From positions 157,234,720-157,298,719 of the forward strand of contig NC_068983.1 of the NCBI RefSeq assembly GCF_001194135.2: 64,000 bases of DNA, read 5' to 3'. The notes under the pieces were generated by a model, which had not been told where the DNA came from, did not search any database, and saw only the letters and a list, made by a program, of their open reading frames with translations. The translations under genes were made by a program, and so were the position numbers. The DNA is from Octopus bimaculoides (Eukaryota). Positions within the stretch are counted from its first letter, which is position 1; every line of letters starts with the position of its first letter. Below are positions 48,001 through 61,908 of this stretch, in pieces.

Positions 48001-50571
48001 AGGGAGAGCTCCAAATTTTCAAAAGATAAAAAAAAACACAGAAAGAGAAATATCTCCTACATGTTATCGTGGAAAACCTTATCTTAAACAGAAGGGAAAA
48101 AGATCTTAAGGTTGATAGAAAGCCTGAAGGATCCTAACACTAAGAGTTAATTTGTGTTGCTTCCATAAGATTCCCTTTTTATCGCTTGGATGGTGTGCGT
48201 GTGAGTGTTTCTGTAAATCATAAGGTACTTTATAAAACATTTTTCTGAATCACAAGGATCCATAGAACAGATGCTTATCCCCAGTTTTCATTGTATTTAG
48301 CAAATACAATAGAAATATAAATCTCATAGGCTGCTGACCTATTTACTGATCCATTTTCCTGTAACTGAAATTGGAAGTATTTCATTGAACTCTTTTGACA
48401 CTGCCCTAAGTTCTGATACAAAAGTCTTGTTTTAAAGCGATCTAAATTAAACTCTTTCATCTAAATTTCATGTTAATTTATGCTCCTGCTTAATAACGAC
48501 AAAGTTAGTTTAAAACAAAGGCAGTGTATTTCAACACAAATATGGTGGCATAAGGTTTCAGCTAAATTGGCTTCGCATAAGGTGTTCAATACTACAAAGT
48601 TGGCCATTAGTTAATACCTTAGAATAAGGTAATGAGAGAGCCTCTACATGGTTGTTAACATGTTAGAAACAGCAGCCAAATCTTTCTCAAATCACATTGC
48701 ATTATCATTTAAAAATAAAATAGAAGATATTGATTTATGCCTAAAACAATAGAGTAGTCACTTCTTGAATGTCTTTGATCAAAGGTTTTGATCAGAACTG
48801 ACCTGGAGCTTAGGGATTTTACAATTTTTGCCCAAAACAGTCAGCAAAGATGAAAACTAATGACTGAAACATACGTCATAGATCTTTCTTATTTAAAAGA
48901 TTTGCTTTTTCATTTTATTGTAGATGGCTTTGTTCATATTTTTCAATTGTTAAAACCCACTGAAGATAGATTTGTTGATCATTGCCATAAACATCAGTGA
49001 AAAAAAAGTGAATGATTCAAGCAGCAAACTTAAATAACAGAAAATCTGAAATAGATTTTACCTATCTCAAAATCACAAGTTTATAACTGAAAATAACTGT
49101 CTTAATGGCACCAGTATTTCCTCGAAGGGGGCGGGGAGAAATAGGTAAAAAAATATTACATAAATATGACTTTTCATGAATGCAACAATCATTTAAATGG
49201 ATCACTCATAAACTGCTCTTTAAAAAATTGAGGTAAAAAAAAAAAAAAAAAATTGCTATTTTTGATTGGACCAATATTTAAGTCATTTGCCAAATAAAAA
49301 TTCCATTGTCCCAGTGAAATTGAGAACACTGCGTTGGCAAAGTTATTAAACGTTTTTATTTTTAAAGGCACATTTCTATCTTTATTGAGCTGTGAAATTC
49401 TTTTCTATGCCTAAAATATATTTGCTTTTTCTGCATCAGATGCACAGTTTCATCATCATCAAATTATTATACATTCATTTCTAAAATCACAAACATACAT
49501 TATAAAAATTATAAACATCTTTCTTTTCTTGCTAAAAATGGAGTAGCAGATAACTTGGTCAAAGACACTTAAATAACAACAATGCACATTTTTCATTCAA
49601 CATAAAAATAAAGGCATGATTATTTATAGCTTTTTTACATTTTTTTTTTAAACTGGAGAATGTATTTTCAGGGGTTGGGGGAATATGCCCAAATATCTTT
49701 GCAAATGACAAATTTTATTTACATAACTGTTGGATTGAAATTTGAATAATATTAATTTGATCTTAGCATACCTATTTTTAGAAATTTCATATATATATGG
49801 GATTTAGTTGAATATAGTGATACAGCTACTGAATACAAGAAGAGAAGAAACAATATTAATATCAAGCAAATTATTACAAGAGAAACATATAAATTAAACT
49901 ACTTTCTTAGTTTTATAACATTATTAAATTAATTTGAATTCTTTTATGAACATTTTTCTCAATGTAAAACCTATAAATTTTTTTAACTGGAATTCATTGT
50001 ACATATTTTATTATTTATTTATCATTGTCTTACATCTATGCTTTTTATACTAGCATGGGTGGAATGGTTTTTTGCAAATTTGACATTTTCACAAATATCA
50101 CAAAGCAAATATCTTCATAAATGTAAGCTTTAAAATATATGTCACATTATTTCATATAAAAATAGCTCATTGACAATAACACTTAATAGTGGAGGAAACT
50201 AATGTATGAACTGCATAGAAATAATCATTATCACAAATCACATAACCAACACTCTCTTAATATCTGTTACATAACAAATTAAAATGGGACAATTTTGTAT
50301 TTATCATTTCATTACAGTAAATCTGATTATCACTTCAGACAGTTCTTAAAATTAATACATATACATTATTTTACAATAAAACAAAATACAATTCCCGAAT
50401 CACCACCATATAAAAAAATTTTTTTTGCATTTAAACATCACTTATTTTACGGTAAAGTTCAAAACATTCAACAAAGTGAAGTGACAAATAAATGTCGATG
50501 TTGACTGAAAGGAATAATAATTTCATAATAACATTATTCAAAAAATAATAATTAAAATGAATAATCAGTGA

Positions 50572-50771
50572 CTAAAAAACACCACCAAAAAAGTCTGTTA
50601 TTCCTTCTCCATCATTCAAATTAAACATATAATCTTCCATATAGATAGGTGGTTCAAGGTGAGTAAGTGTCGAGTCAAGATTTTGGTCTTCAGTTTGCTG
50701 TAAAAGATTTATGCTAGCATCTGGGGATATATCTTGTTCTTCAAGCAGTGCATTTTTCAACGAAACTTGTG
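50572..50771 (-). CDS. E2F3: E2F terminal exon (transactivation / pocket-protein binding)
   Basis: gttttaacag|(T)QVSLKNALL...NLLQQTEDQ...[29 protein letters not shown]. Confidence 0.93.
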
Positions 50772-53700
50772 CTGTTAAAACAAAATCAATAACCATGAAT
50801 ATTTGTATGATAAAATGAATATATATATTATGTATGTATAAAAAATTTGTTTTGTTTTCATTTTAACATTTATTTTTCTATGTATGCACATGTCAAATGA
50901 GAGAGCTTATTGAGGCTGGTTAGAATTTTCTATGGTCAGATACCTTTCAAGTGAGATGATAATCTCCCAGTCTAACACATATATTTGTTTGTTTTATGTC
51001 TGTTTCTCCATGCTAGTATGAATTAGATGTATATATTATCGAGGTGTTGTTTTACAACCAGATACCTTACTTGTCACTAATCCATACCTGTTTTTCAAAA
51101 AAGATCTATTTCATGTCTTTGAAAGCATGAAGTGAGTGGAAAATTTGTTGACAAGGAACAATAATACATGTAGTGGGTGACTTTTGTAGAACACAAATGT
51201 AAACATACACACACCCATGTATGCATATGATTAGCTTCTTTCACTTTCTATCTATGATATTCACTAACAAGGATTTGGTTGGCCCACCATGCAGTGTGGG
51301 TAAGAAATTTGTTTCCCAACAACATGGTTTCTGGTTCAGCCTCAGTGCATAGCACCTTGGACAAGTGTCTTTTGCTATAGCCCCAGGCTGGCTAGAACCT
51401 TATGAATGGTTTTGATAGATGGAAATTTGAAGAAACTCATCATATGTATCCTTGTCTGGACATTGCACAACAGTTATGAGAGTTACCATCCATCATACAA
51501 GCACAACTGCTTCTAATTTTCCATGAAAACATGTCCAGTCATAGAGAAATGTTACCTTGCTTAAAAACAGGAAGGGCATTCAGCCATAGAAAATCTGCCT
51601 CAATGAACTTCATCTGATCCATGCAAGCATTGAAAAGTGGATGTTAAAATGATGATGTGGTATCATCATCATTGTTTATGCTAAGACTAACTTCTTTGAA
51701 ATATTGTTTTTATTAAATTATTTCTGATTAATTAATTTATCTATTTCTATTAACTGATTGAATTAAGAATTGAATAAATATATTGCTGCTATTTTTAGAT
51801 TTTAAAATTAGAATTTCCTATTTCAGTAATAATTATAAATTAACTGTAATAGAATATCATCTTTTAACATTGTAAAATTTATTTAATAAAAAATAAATTA
51901 ACGTTTAATATTTTAAGCTCAACGACAATTTGCTAGTAATTTAATAAGGTCATTTGATATAAAACTTAAATAAGAGGTATTGAGTTATTATAATGTGAGA
52001 GAAAATAGTCATTGAAAGCAAACTGAACACTACAACACCATTTACATGTACTGTAATAAATGCTAAACAAATTAACATAACAATATGACTTCTTGCAACA
52101 AATGAAATTCTCATAATAATTTGAATACATTGGGTACAAATTGAATAGAATGAAGTTTGCTAACAATGGCCACATCTTATTAAGCATCACAAGCTGAATT
52201 GCATGTAAAAACCAGTGGCAGATATTATCAAGCTTCACCTTCACATATCTGTACTAAAACAAATTAAGGAATCGATAAAAGAGCCTCTACATAAAACATC
52301 CTCTTTTGAAAAATAAACTGCATAAAACATGGCTCATCATGATGTGACCTGCACAACTATATAAAAATTCAAGGTAATTTTTTGTTGGCATGCCATTCAG
52401 AAAGTTCCACAGGCTGCAGTCCATGATTGCTCTACATGGTCACTTATTTGCTGGAAATAACAGCCAAAACACATTCAAATCAAACCCCAACATGTTAAAT
52501 GAAGAAGTATATATTGGGCAATATAGTACCTCATGTATAAAATGATAAGAAGTAAGGTCACCAAGCAATTTGCAAGACAAAGATACCTCAACTGAATGAG
52601 GAGTAGTATTATTGAAGGAGATGGCTTTGTGCCAGGTGATGAGAAGTTAAAGTATGATAGAGGAACAGAAACAGGCATCTTGCTGTAGACAAGATACATG
52701 GCTACCCCAGCTGGAAAAGAGAGGCAGGAGAGAGAAGATAGTGATGCAGATGTGTCAGAGCGTACCCTCAAAGTACAGGGGAGGAAAAAATAAGAATACT
52801 TACTTTTAAAGCTATCACAGGATGTAGAATCTTCTGATAATTGTTCTTCACTTATACTACTACTACTATTATGACCCTCTGTTGCTGGTGTGTGTTTGAC
52901 ATCCTTTTTTACATCATCGGGACACAAATACACCTCAATAGCTTGACTGTTACTTTTTAACCAAATCTGCATATTATTCAACAAAATACAAGTGGTTGTT
53001 TTAAAAAAAGAAAACAAAAGGAACAAATGAAATGAGTAAAACAGTATAAAAAAATTACAATAAAAAAAGTCATTTACAATATCCATAACTTGAAAAGCTT
53101 ATTACACTTAGTATCATTAAAATGCAAAGCAAAAGTTTGAGTTATTCATCATTATCATTTGAGGCCCACTTTTTCATGCTTGCACGGATTAGATGGAATT
53201 TGTTGAAGCAGATTTTCTATGACCGGAGGCCCTTCTTGTCACCATTGCTCACCTGTTTCCAGGTAAGGTAATATTTCTCCATGGCCATACAAATTTTCCA
53301 CAGAAGATTGAAAATAGACATCACTTGTATGACAGTGATGCTTGTTTACAACCATGTGATGTTGGGGTAAGGGTACACACATAATATGTGTGTGTGTATA
53401 TCTACCTATCTATCTATCTATCTATCTATATATATATATATATANNNNNNNNNNNNNNNNNNNNNNNNNNNNNNNNNNNNNNNNNNNNNNNNNNNNNNNN
53501 NNNNNNNNNNNNNNNNNNNNNNNNNNNNNNNNNNNNNNNNNNNNNNNNNNNNNNNNNNNNNNNNNNNNNNNNNNNNTATATATACACACATATATATATA
53601 TACACACACCATAGGCTTCTTCCAGTTTTTGTCTACTAAATCTACTGACATGGATTTTGGTCAGCCTGAAGTTATAGTAGAAGACATTTGCCCAAGGTGC

Positions 53701-56700
53701 TCTGCAGTAAGACTGAACCTAAGACCACATGGTTGAAAGCAAGCTATGCCTACACCTATGAACCATACCAGCACCTATACCAATATTATTGGTATTCTGT
53801 TACCATCATTATCCACATCCATCATAAATGGACACATCACTATAATAAGGAGATGTTTCCTTGCACTTGTAATTTGTAAGCATGATGAGTTTTTTTTTTT
53901 CAAATTTGTTACTTCAGCAAGTTATTTGGATAAGTGCATGGTATCCCAATGACATGGACATTCAATGCATCTTCATGTTACAATAATTGATGCTTGTAAT
54001 ACTAACATTGAACATTTGAGCTTAATCTTAATAATCAGTTATTGTTTCTTGTTAAAATAGCATTCTCTTACAAACATTTTTCATGCATTGTATTCCACAA
54101 TTACTTAACATTGTTGTTGAGCAAAAACGCTTTACCCCGCAGCATACATTTTTTAAACATTGGTTTTCAAATGATTTCACAAACTGTTTCAGTTCACATC
54201 AATTGGTTTCACAGCTAAAAATGAACAATCATAGGTAGCTAAAAATTGTTCAAAAATTCTTAATGGAAAATGTTTCTATGAATTCTGCTTTATAAGTGCC
54301 TCATAGTTATCCTTGTAAAAACATTCTAGAAAGAGTCTACAAAATTTCATGAGATTCTACATAGCTCTGTACCAATTCATTTTTGACTATGCAAATAAGT
54401 CCTTTATTATTGGATGTTGCCACAGTCAAGCTTTTCTCAAGAACATTACTGATGAAAAGAACATAAAACTAATACTGAAAGTAGAAAGGAAAGCCAAAGA
54501 AATTAAACCTCACCTTTGATATATCAGGTAATTCTAATCGTGTTTCAGGTGGTGCTTTGACAGCCATAACTGTTTGATCATCTAATGATCTTATATTTCG
54601 TATATCGTGATAGGTTACATATGCATATTTAAGATTGAATTAAAGAAATAATCAAATTCAAGAGGAAAAAAAAAAATTATGAAAACATTAATACAGATAG
54701 ATAGGAAATAACAAAATTACTATGTAGGCCTGATTACACATTTAATGATGATACTAACTCCCTCCCACATTTTTACTCCAATCCCACACATATTATTCAG
54801 TAAATTTGTTTCTACTGAATTTAACACTATGATGAGAAAAGAAGAATCATATAGATGCAAACTATTTTCATTTTTCATTAATAAAGAGGAAGGAAGGATT
54901 TTTGAGAACCACTGATTTACACTATAGTCCTAAGAAGGACAGACAATGTTATATATTTGTGTGTGAGCATACGTGTGAGTGTATGTTTATCTTGTTTGGC
55001 AAACACTCAAAATGAAACCTTGAATAGAATACTCACACACAAAAACACTTACATAACATTGTCTACTTCTCAGAGTTATACAAAGTAAATAGCAACATTA
55101 CTTGCCTTTACTCCCAGTTATTTGATGTAGGTATATATATCATAGTATATATATAGTGACCTCCCTTGTATTGCGAATCTATATGAGCATCAGGTCCTCC
55201 ACCCACTTCCTATTTTCTCAACTAAAACTATATTTTATAAGCAATGCACTTTCGAGTAGTCGGAGATTTCTAATACTGTAGCTATCTAGAATAAACACTA
55301 CAAGAAAATTTGAGTGACAACAGACATTCCACAGAAATTATCATTATCATTTTAACATCTACTTTTCCATTGTTGTTTCAGTACCAATTTAGTATAAATG
55401 AATTAATCATTATCATTATGACAACTACTATTGTAATCACTATATGACATTTTTTGAAGTAAAATACACAAAAGGGAACATTTTTATTCATAAAAGGATA
55501 TTTTGATTTTTCTGGGTCTTCTGTAAGGATTTTCAGCTGTTTTGTACAGTGTTCTATTAATTTATCCATTTCATTCTCTTTAGCTTCATAAATGGCCATT
55601 TCTATCAACAATAAAATATTTAGAGTTTGCTTAAAATTAACAAAGAATGAAGATTACATATCAAGTTATGCAGAAAGGTTTCTAATATCATCGATTATGT
55701 TTAAATTTAGTTTCTACTGTCAAAAGGAAGAAAACCCTGGACAAAAACCAAAATACTTTTAGTAAGATGATCTATAATAATTTGTAGGGAAATTTGGGAT
55801 CATCATCATCATCATCGTTTAACGTCCGCTTTCCATGCTAGCATGGGTTGGACGATTTGATTGAGGACTGGTGAAACCGGATGGCAACACCAGGCTCCAA
55901 TCTAATTTGGCAGAGTTTCTACAGCTGGATGCCCTTCCTAACGCCAACCACTCAGAGAGTGTAGTGGGTGCTTTTACGTGTCACCCGCACGAAAACGGCC
56001 ACGCTCGAAATGGTGTCTTTTATGTGCCNNNNNNNNNNNNNNNNNNNNNNNNNNNNNNNNNNNNNNNNNNNNNNNNNNNNNNNNNNNNNNNNNNNNNNNN
56101 NNNNNNNNNNNNNNNNNNNNNNNNNNNNNNNNNNNNNNNNNNNNNNNNNNNNNNNNNNNNNNNNNNNNNNNNNNNNNNNNNNNNNNNNNNNNNNNNNNNN
56201 NNNNNNNNNNNNNNNNNNNNNNNNNNNNNNNNNNNNNNNNNNNNNNNNNNNNNNNNNNNNNNNNNNNNNNNNNNNNNNNNNNNNNNNNNNNNNNNNNNNN
56301 NNNNNNNNNNNNNNNNNNNNNNNNNNNNNNNNNNNNNNNNNNNNNNNNNNNNNNNNNNNNNNNNNNNNNNNNNNNNNNNNNNNNNNNNNNNNNNNNNNNN
56401 NNNNNNNNNNNNNNNNNNNNNNNNNNNNNNNNNNNNNNNNNNNNNNNNNNNNNNNNNNNNNNNNNNNNNNNNNNNNNNNNNNNNNNNNNNNNNNNNNNNN
56501 NNNNNNNNNNNNNNNNNNNNNNNNNNNNNNNNNNNNNNNNNNNNNNNNNNNNNNNNNNNNNNNNNNNNNNNNNNNNNNNNNNNNNNNNNNNNNNNNNNNN
56601 NNNNNNNNNNNNNNNNNNNNNNNNNNNNNNNNNNNNNNNNNNNNNNNNNNNNNNNNNNNNNNNNNNNNNNNNNNNNNNNNNNNNNNNNNNNNNNNNNNNN

Positions 56701-59700
56701 NNNNNNNNNNNNNNNNNNNNNNNNNNNNNNNNNNNNNNNNNNNNNNNNNNNNNNNNNNNNNNNNNNNNNNNNNNNNNNNNNNNNNNNNNNNNNNNNNNNN
56801 NNNNNNNNNNNNNNNNNNNNNNNNNNNNNNNNNNNNNNNNNNNNNNNNNNNNNNNNNNNNNNNNNNNNNNNNNNNNNNNNNNNNNNNNNNNNNNNNNNNN
56901 NNNNNNNNNNNNNNNNCTAACTTGGTCGCCCAGATAGCGGAAGCTATCGACTACCTCTAGTTTTTCACCCTGGAATGAGATAGAAGTTGTTTCCTGTTTG
57001 TTTACAGTCTTTATTGCACCTGAACATCTGCCACAAACAAAAACTAACTTGCTAGTTAACCTGCCTTTGATGTTGCTGCACCTCTTATGTGTCCATAGCT
57101 TGCACCGGGTACATCTTATAGAGTTACTACCTACTCCTTTTCTACATACTGAGCAGGGCCATCTACCTGAAGGGGTTTGTGTTTTATCTACCTTCCTACT
57201 TATTAGGATTTTGGTTTTAGCTAGGTTGGGAGAGTAGAAATCATTTAACCATGGTAGTGGTTGAATATATTCTTAAGTCCACCATTTCATGAATCGCAGC
57301 AGCTTCCAAGATTCACCACTAATTCAGTTCTCAACTAAATTGCAAACTGTTAATGGTTTTAAAGAGGACACCTCCTCAGCTACAGTTTCGCATAAATAGT
57401 TTGGGATTTGGTTCAGTAGAAAAAAAGTTACATCAAAATATCTGCGACCCCAAGGAGGGCAGTAAGGCACCTATTCACCTTCAATTAACATAAACTTTTA
57501 AATTTTAAAATAAAAGTATACTTTACTTAGGCTGAAATGACAGAAAAATGTATGAGGAATTCAGAGTCGTTAGTCGCACTAAACAAAAATTAGTAGAAGA
57601 AAAATTATGGGGTGAAATGCTATGAAATTTCATGTCAGTAAGTAATAGAGTAAGGAAGTAACTCTTAGCAATAAGAATAATAAAGACTATATTGCTAAAA
57701 GGAATGTTTACATCCTAAGGTGTCAAGCTGGCAGAAGCGTTAGCGTGCCGGGCGTCCGCCAAGGTCGACTTTGCTTTTTATCCTTTTCGGATCTATTCAA
57801 TTTGACATGCAGATTATTTAAATAATTTTTTTTTAACTAAACACTTTGAAACTTCCGATACTGGTACAATGTATCACATGCAACAGGGTTTACTCTTAAT
57901 GTTTTTGACAAAATTTTGTATTTTAGAAGTTATTTCGTTGCAAGTTACAGAATGACAATGGACAAATTTGTGTTTGATAAGTGCCAATACATGAAACTCT
58001 CAGCTTTTGACTTACTCTCTAACTTCTGCCAATGATATATGCATATTATACATATATGTGTAAAAAAAATCTCTACCTGGTCGCTTGACATGCCAAAAAT
58101 AGCAGCCAATGTATCCCCCTACCCAGTATTTTATAAGGTAAAATCCTAAATTATTAATTGACACATTATCATCTTATAACAGCAATGCCTGGAAAAATCA
58201 TGGATTACATGGAAAAATTCAAGCATGAAAAATAATATTCTTAAGATTATAAACCTGGAAAAGTACAGGGCAAGTTATTACACCTGTAAAAGTATAGGAC
58301 AAGCTATTACTTCTAGTAAAGTAAAGAATAAGAAACTTTTTATTTAAAATATTGCAGCTAAAATTAAAATTTGAATATTAAAGAATATTTTATTATAGTT
58401 TACAAATAACACTATATTTATTTAAGTAGAATTTGGCTAATTTACTACCTTAAATACAAAAAAAAAGTGACTAATTAGACAAACTTACAAATTAGCTGAA
58501 CAGTTTTGTACTATAAATTTAAAAGATGAGATCTGTAAAGAGTGATGAATTAGAACTGGTATTCTTTACTGCAATATTTTAAGTAAAATGCTTCTTATTC
58601 TTTACTTTACTAGAAGTAATAGCTTGTCCTATACTTTTACAGGTGTAATAACTTGTCCTGTACTTTTCCAGGTTTATAATCTTAAGAATATTACTTTTCA
58701 TGCTCGCATTTTTCCATGTAATATATACTAATAAGTGAAATTGTAAGCCAATTCCTTTTATATGGAAAAACATTTGGTTCAGACATATTAAAATTGAGTA
58801 ATTAAAACAATTTCAACAGTCCGACTAACGTTTAATACTAGTTATTGATAAACAAAGAAGGAATTATTGTAAATGTTTTAAAAGTACCTGAATGTAAATC
58901 CATTAATTTCGTAGTAAGCTGGAGTGGCACAGGATTAGCAGCTATTGATGATATACAACCTCTGTAAATATATAAATATATCATTTAGAAAATTTGAAAG
59001 CAATTGATAAACAGAATCTGTAGAGAATTTAAGAAAATGCCTGGCAACATTTAAATGTCTCGTTATGTTCTGTCACAGTCAATTCTGCCTTTATTCTTCA
59101 ATACCAGCCTGAGAATTTAAATGGTGAATGATACCAAATAGGCTGAAATTGGCCATAATGACCTATTCATATTTCAGTGAGAATTTCAATGCAAATCTCA
59201 TTAGTACATTCATGAAAACACATGGCTTCACTATGTAAGTTATTGAATGAACTGTCCGACATTATTTTACATGATATTTGAGCATTGTGAATTTTTGGAG
59301 ACTTTTTCCCACTTCGATTTTATGAAAGGTTTCACTATGGACAAAAACTGGATACCAGTATCATGTTGTCAAGCAGCAGAAGTCACCAAATAATTTACAT
59401 GACAAGACCCCTCAGTCAAGGGGAGAAGGAATAGGATTGAGGAAGGTGGCTCTGTGCCAGATGAGAGGATAGAGTATGACAAGAGGGACAGAAATTGGTG
59501 TCCTGCAATAAAGGAGATACATGGCTTCCTCAGGAGGAGAGAGAAGATGGTGAGGATGTGACAGGGAGTACACTCAAGTTACAGGGAAGTGTATATAAGT
59601 GAAATGGGACCAAAGATTGGATAGGGTGAGTGAGTGGGTAAGTTCACAAGACTGTGAAAGTAAGTGGGAGGTGGAAAGGAGGGAATATAGTGAGTAGACA

Positions 59701-60500
59701 GAAATAGGAGGGGTTGTTAGGGAGATGTATTGTGGAGAGTAAGAAAAATTCATTACAAAACATTTAATTTTGAAAAATTCAAAAGTAATTTTTTATAATT
59801 AGGTTCTAATATTTTTATCAACGGTGAGAATCATTAAAATACTTCTTTGTAATAATTTCACAGATATCAGAATAGGCAAAGGAACAGAGATTCCAAAGGT
59901 GATAATGGGAAGAATTTCAAGAAATAAGCATAACATTGAATACTTTGATCAATAAGGATATGCGTCAATAAAGTGCTAGTATTCACCTTATTACTACATT
60001 CTTAAAGTATACTTACCAATGGTACAGGAACACAAGTTTTATGGTCAATATTTAGAATAGTGGCAAAAACACAAAAAAATGAAACTTCACAAAGACTTAC
60101 TTCCATTGAATATGATTTTTAGACTTTTTTGATATAAGATTGATTCCTTCCAATACATTTGTTATATCATATATTCTTCGTTTCTGAACTTCTAAAGATT
60201 CTGCAGCTTTATTTAAATCCACAACCTGAAAATGAAAACACATTTTATTTTGTATATTATCTTTTTATCCACCGAGAACTTAATGTAAAAATATTTTAAA
60301 CAAACTAGACAGAGGTGTGGCTGTTTGGTAAGAAGTGTGCTTCCCAACCACATGGTTCTGGGTTCAGTCCCACTGCATAGCACCATGGGCAAGTATCTTC
60401 TACTATAGCTTCAAGTCAACCAAAACCTTGTGAGTGGATTTGGTAGGCAGAAACTGAAAGGAAGCCCACTGTATGTGTGTGTGTGTGTGTATATATACAT

Positions 60501-60570
<70 letters not shown>

Positions 60571-61852
60571 TCTATTTATGTTTATGTGTCTTTGTATCTG
60601 TGTTTGTCCCCTCATCATCATTTGACAACCAATGTTGGTGTGTTTACACCCCTGTAACTTAGAGATTTGGCAAAAGAGACTGATAGAATAAGTACTAGGC
60701 TTACTAAGAATATGTCCTGGGGTTGATTTGTTTAACTAAAATCCTTCAAGGTGGTGCTCCAGCATGGCCGCAGCCAAATGACTGGGACATGTAAAAGAGT
60801 AAGAGTAAACAACAAATGTGAACTTACGCCGTCTGGTGCATTTCTAAGCAAGCCAACAAACTTCTTCGTTAATAAGCCCAAAGATGTGTCATATCTTGTT
60901 TTTTCACCAGGGGATCGTACTGGAAAACAAAGCAAGTAATCAAATCTACCAATTTGTCTAAATTGTATCATACACAAATAATGTACACAAATAATGGAGT
61001 TAAAAAGTTTTTTTTAAAAACTACAATTTTAAAAATCACTTATTTCAATGAACAATGTCCACTTATTAACTAAAACTGAATGTATCTTTGCATATCCATG
61101 TACAGTTTTAGAAAGAATCACTCACATTCTCATATCCACTTTCTGTTTACCTACCTGACTAAAGCTTTCTTTAATTCAGAAAATACAAAATGAAGCTATT
61201 CTAAAATAACTCACTTAGGCACAGTACTACTAAGAAATAACAGCTTTTGCATGTTTTCAAATGACTAAAAGGACTATTACAATGCAATGGGTTCACTTCT
61301 TATATACTTTCAGATCAAGCCACATGCCAAGTAAATACAATTCTGATATGTGGTTTGAGTTTAGTCCCAATGCATGGCACCTTGTGCAAGTGTCTTCTAC
61401 TATAGCTCTGAGCTGATCAAAGCTCTGTGAGTGAATTTGGTAGACAGAAACTGAAAGAAGCCTGCAGTGCAAATGTATGTCTCCTTGTGATTGTTGTAGG
61501 CAGTGTCATTCATTTCTAATATTTGGGGAAAACATTCTGTCTATGGAGAAATATAACCTTGTTAGGAAACAGGTGAGAATTGGCAACATTGATGTTGTCT
61601 GGTCATAGAAAAATGGAAATATGAATGTTAAAATGATGAGGCATGCTGAACTGTATGATTAAGAAGTTCGTCTTGCAATCATGGTTCATCAGCAGGGTCA
61701 AAGTAGTTGTTTTTATTAGGGATGGAGTACACTACTGTACATTTCCAGAAATAGAGGTTTAAAAACTTTAGCTATCATAGCATCTCCCGAGATGCTATGC
61801 TGAATGTCAGTAAGCACACTATCAGAACTAGACACATGCACCTGTACTGTTA

Positions 61853-61908
<56 letters not shown>

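Noticed and set aside
48275-48460. 61-aa ORF in repeat-poor DNA downstream of E2F
   Set aside because: No recognisable homology or supporting exons; it may be E2F 3' UTR or intergenic sequence.
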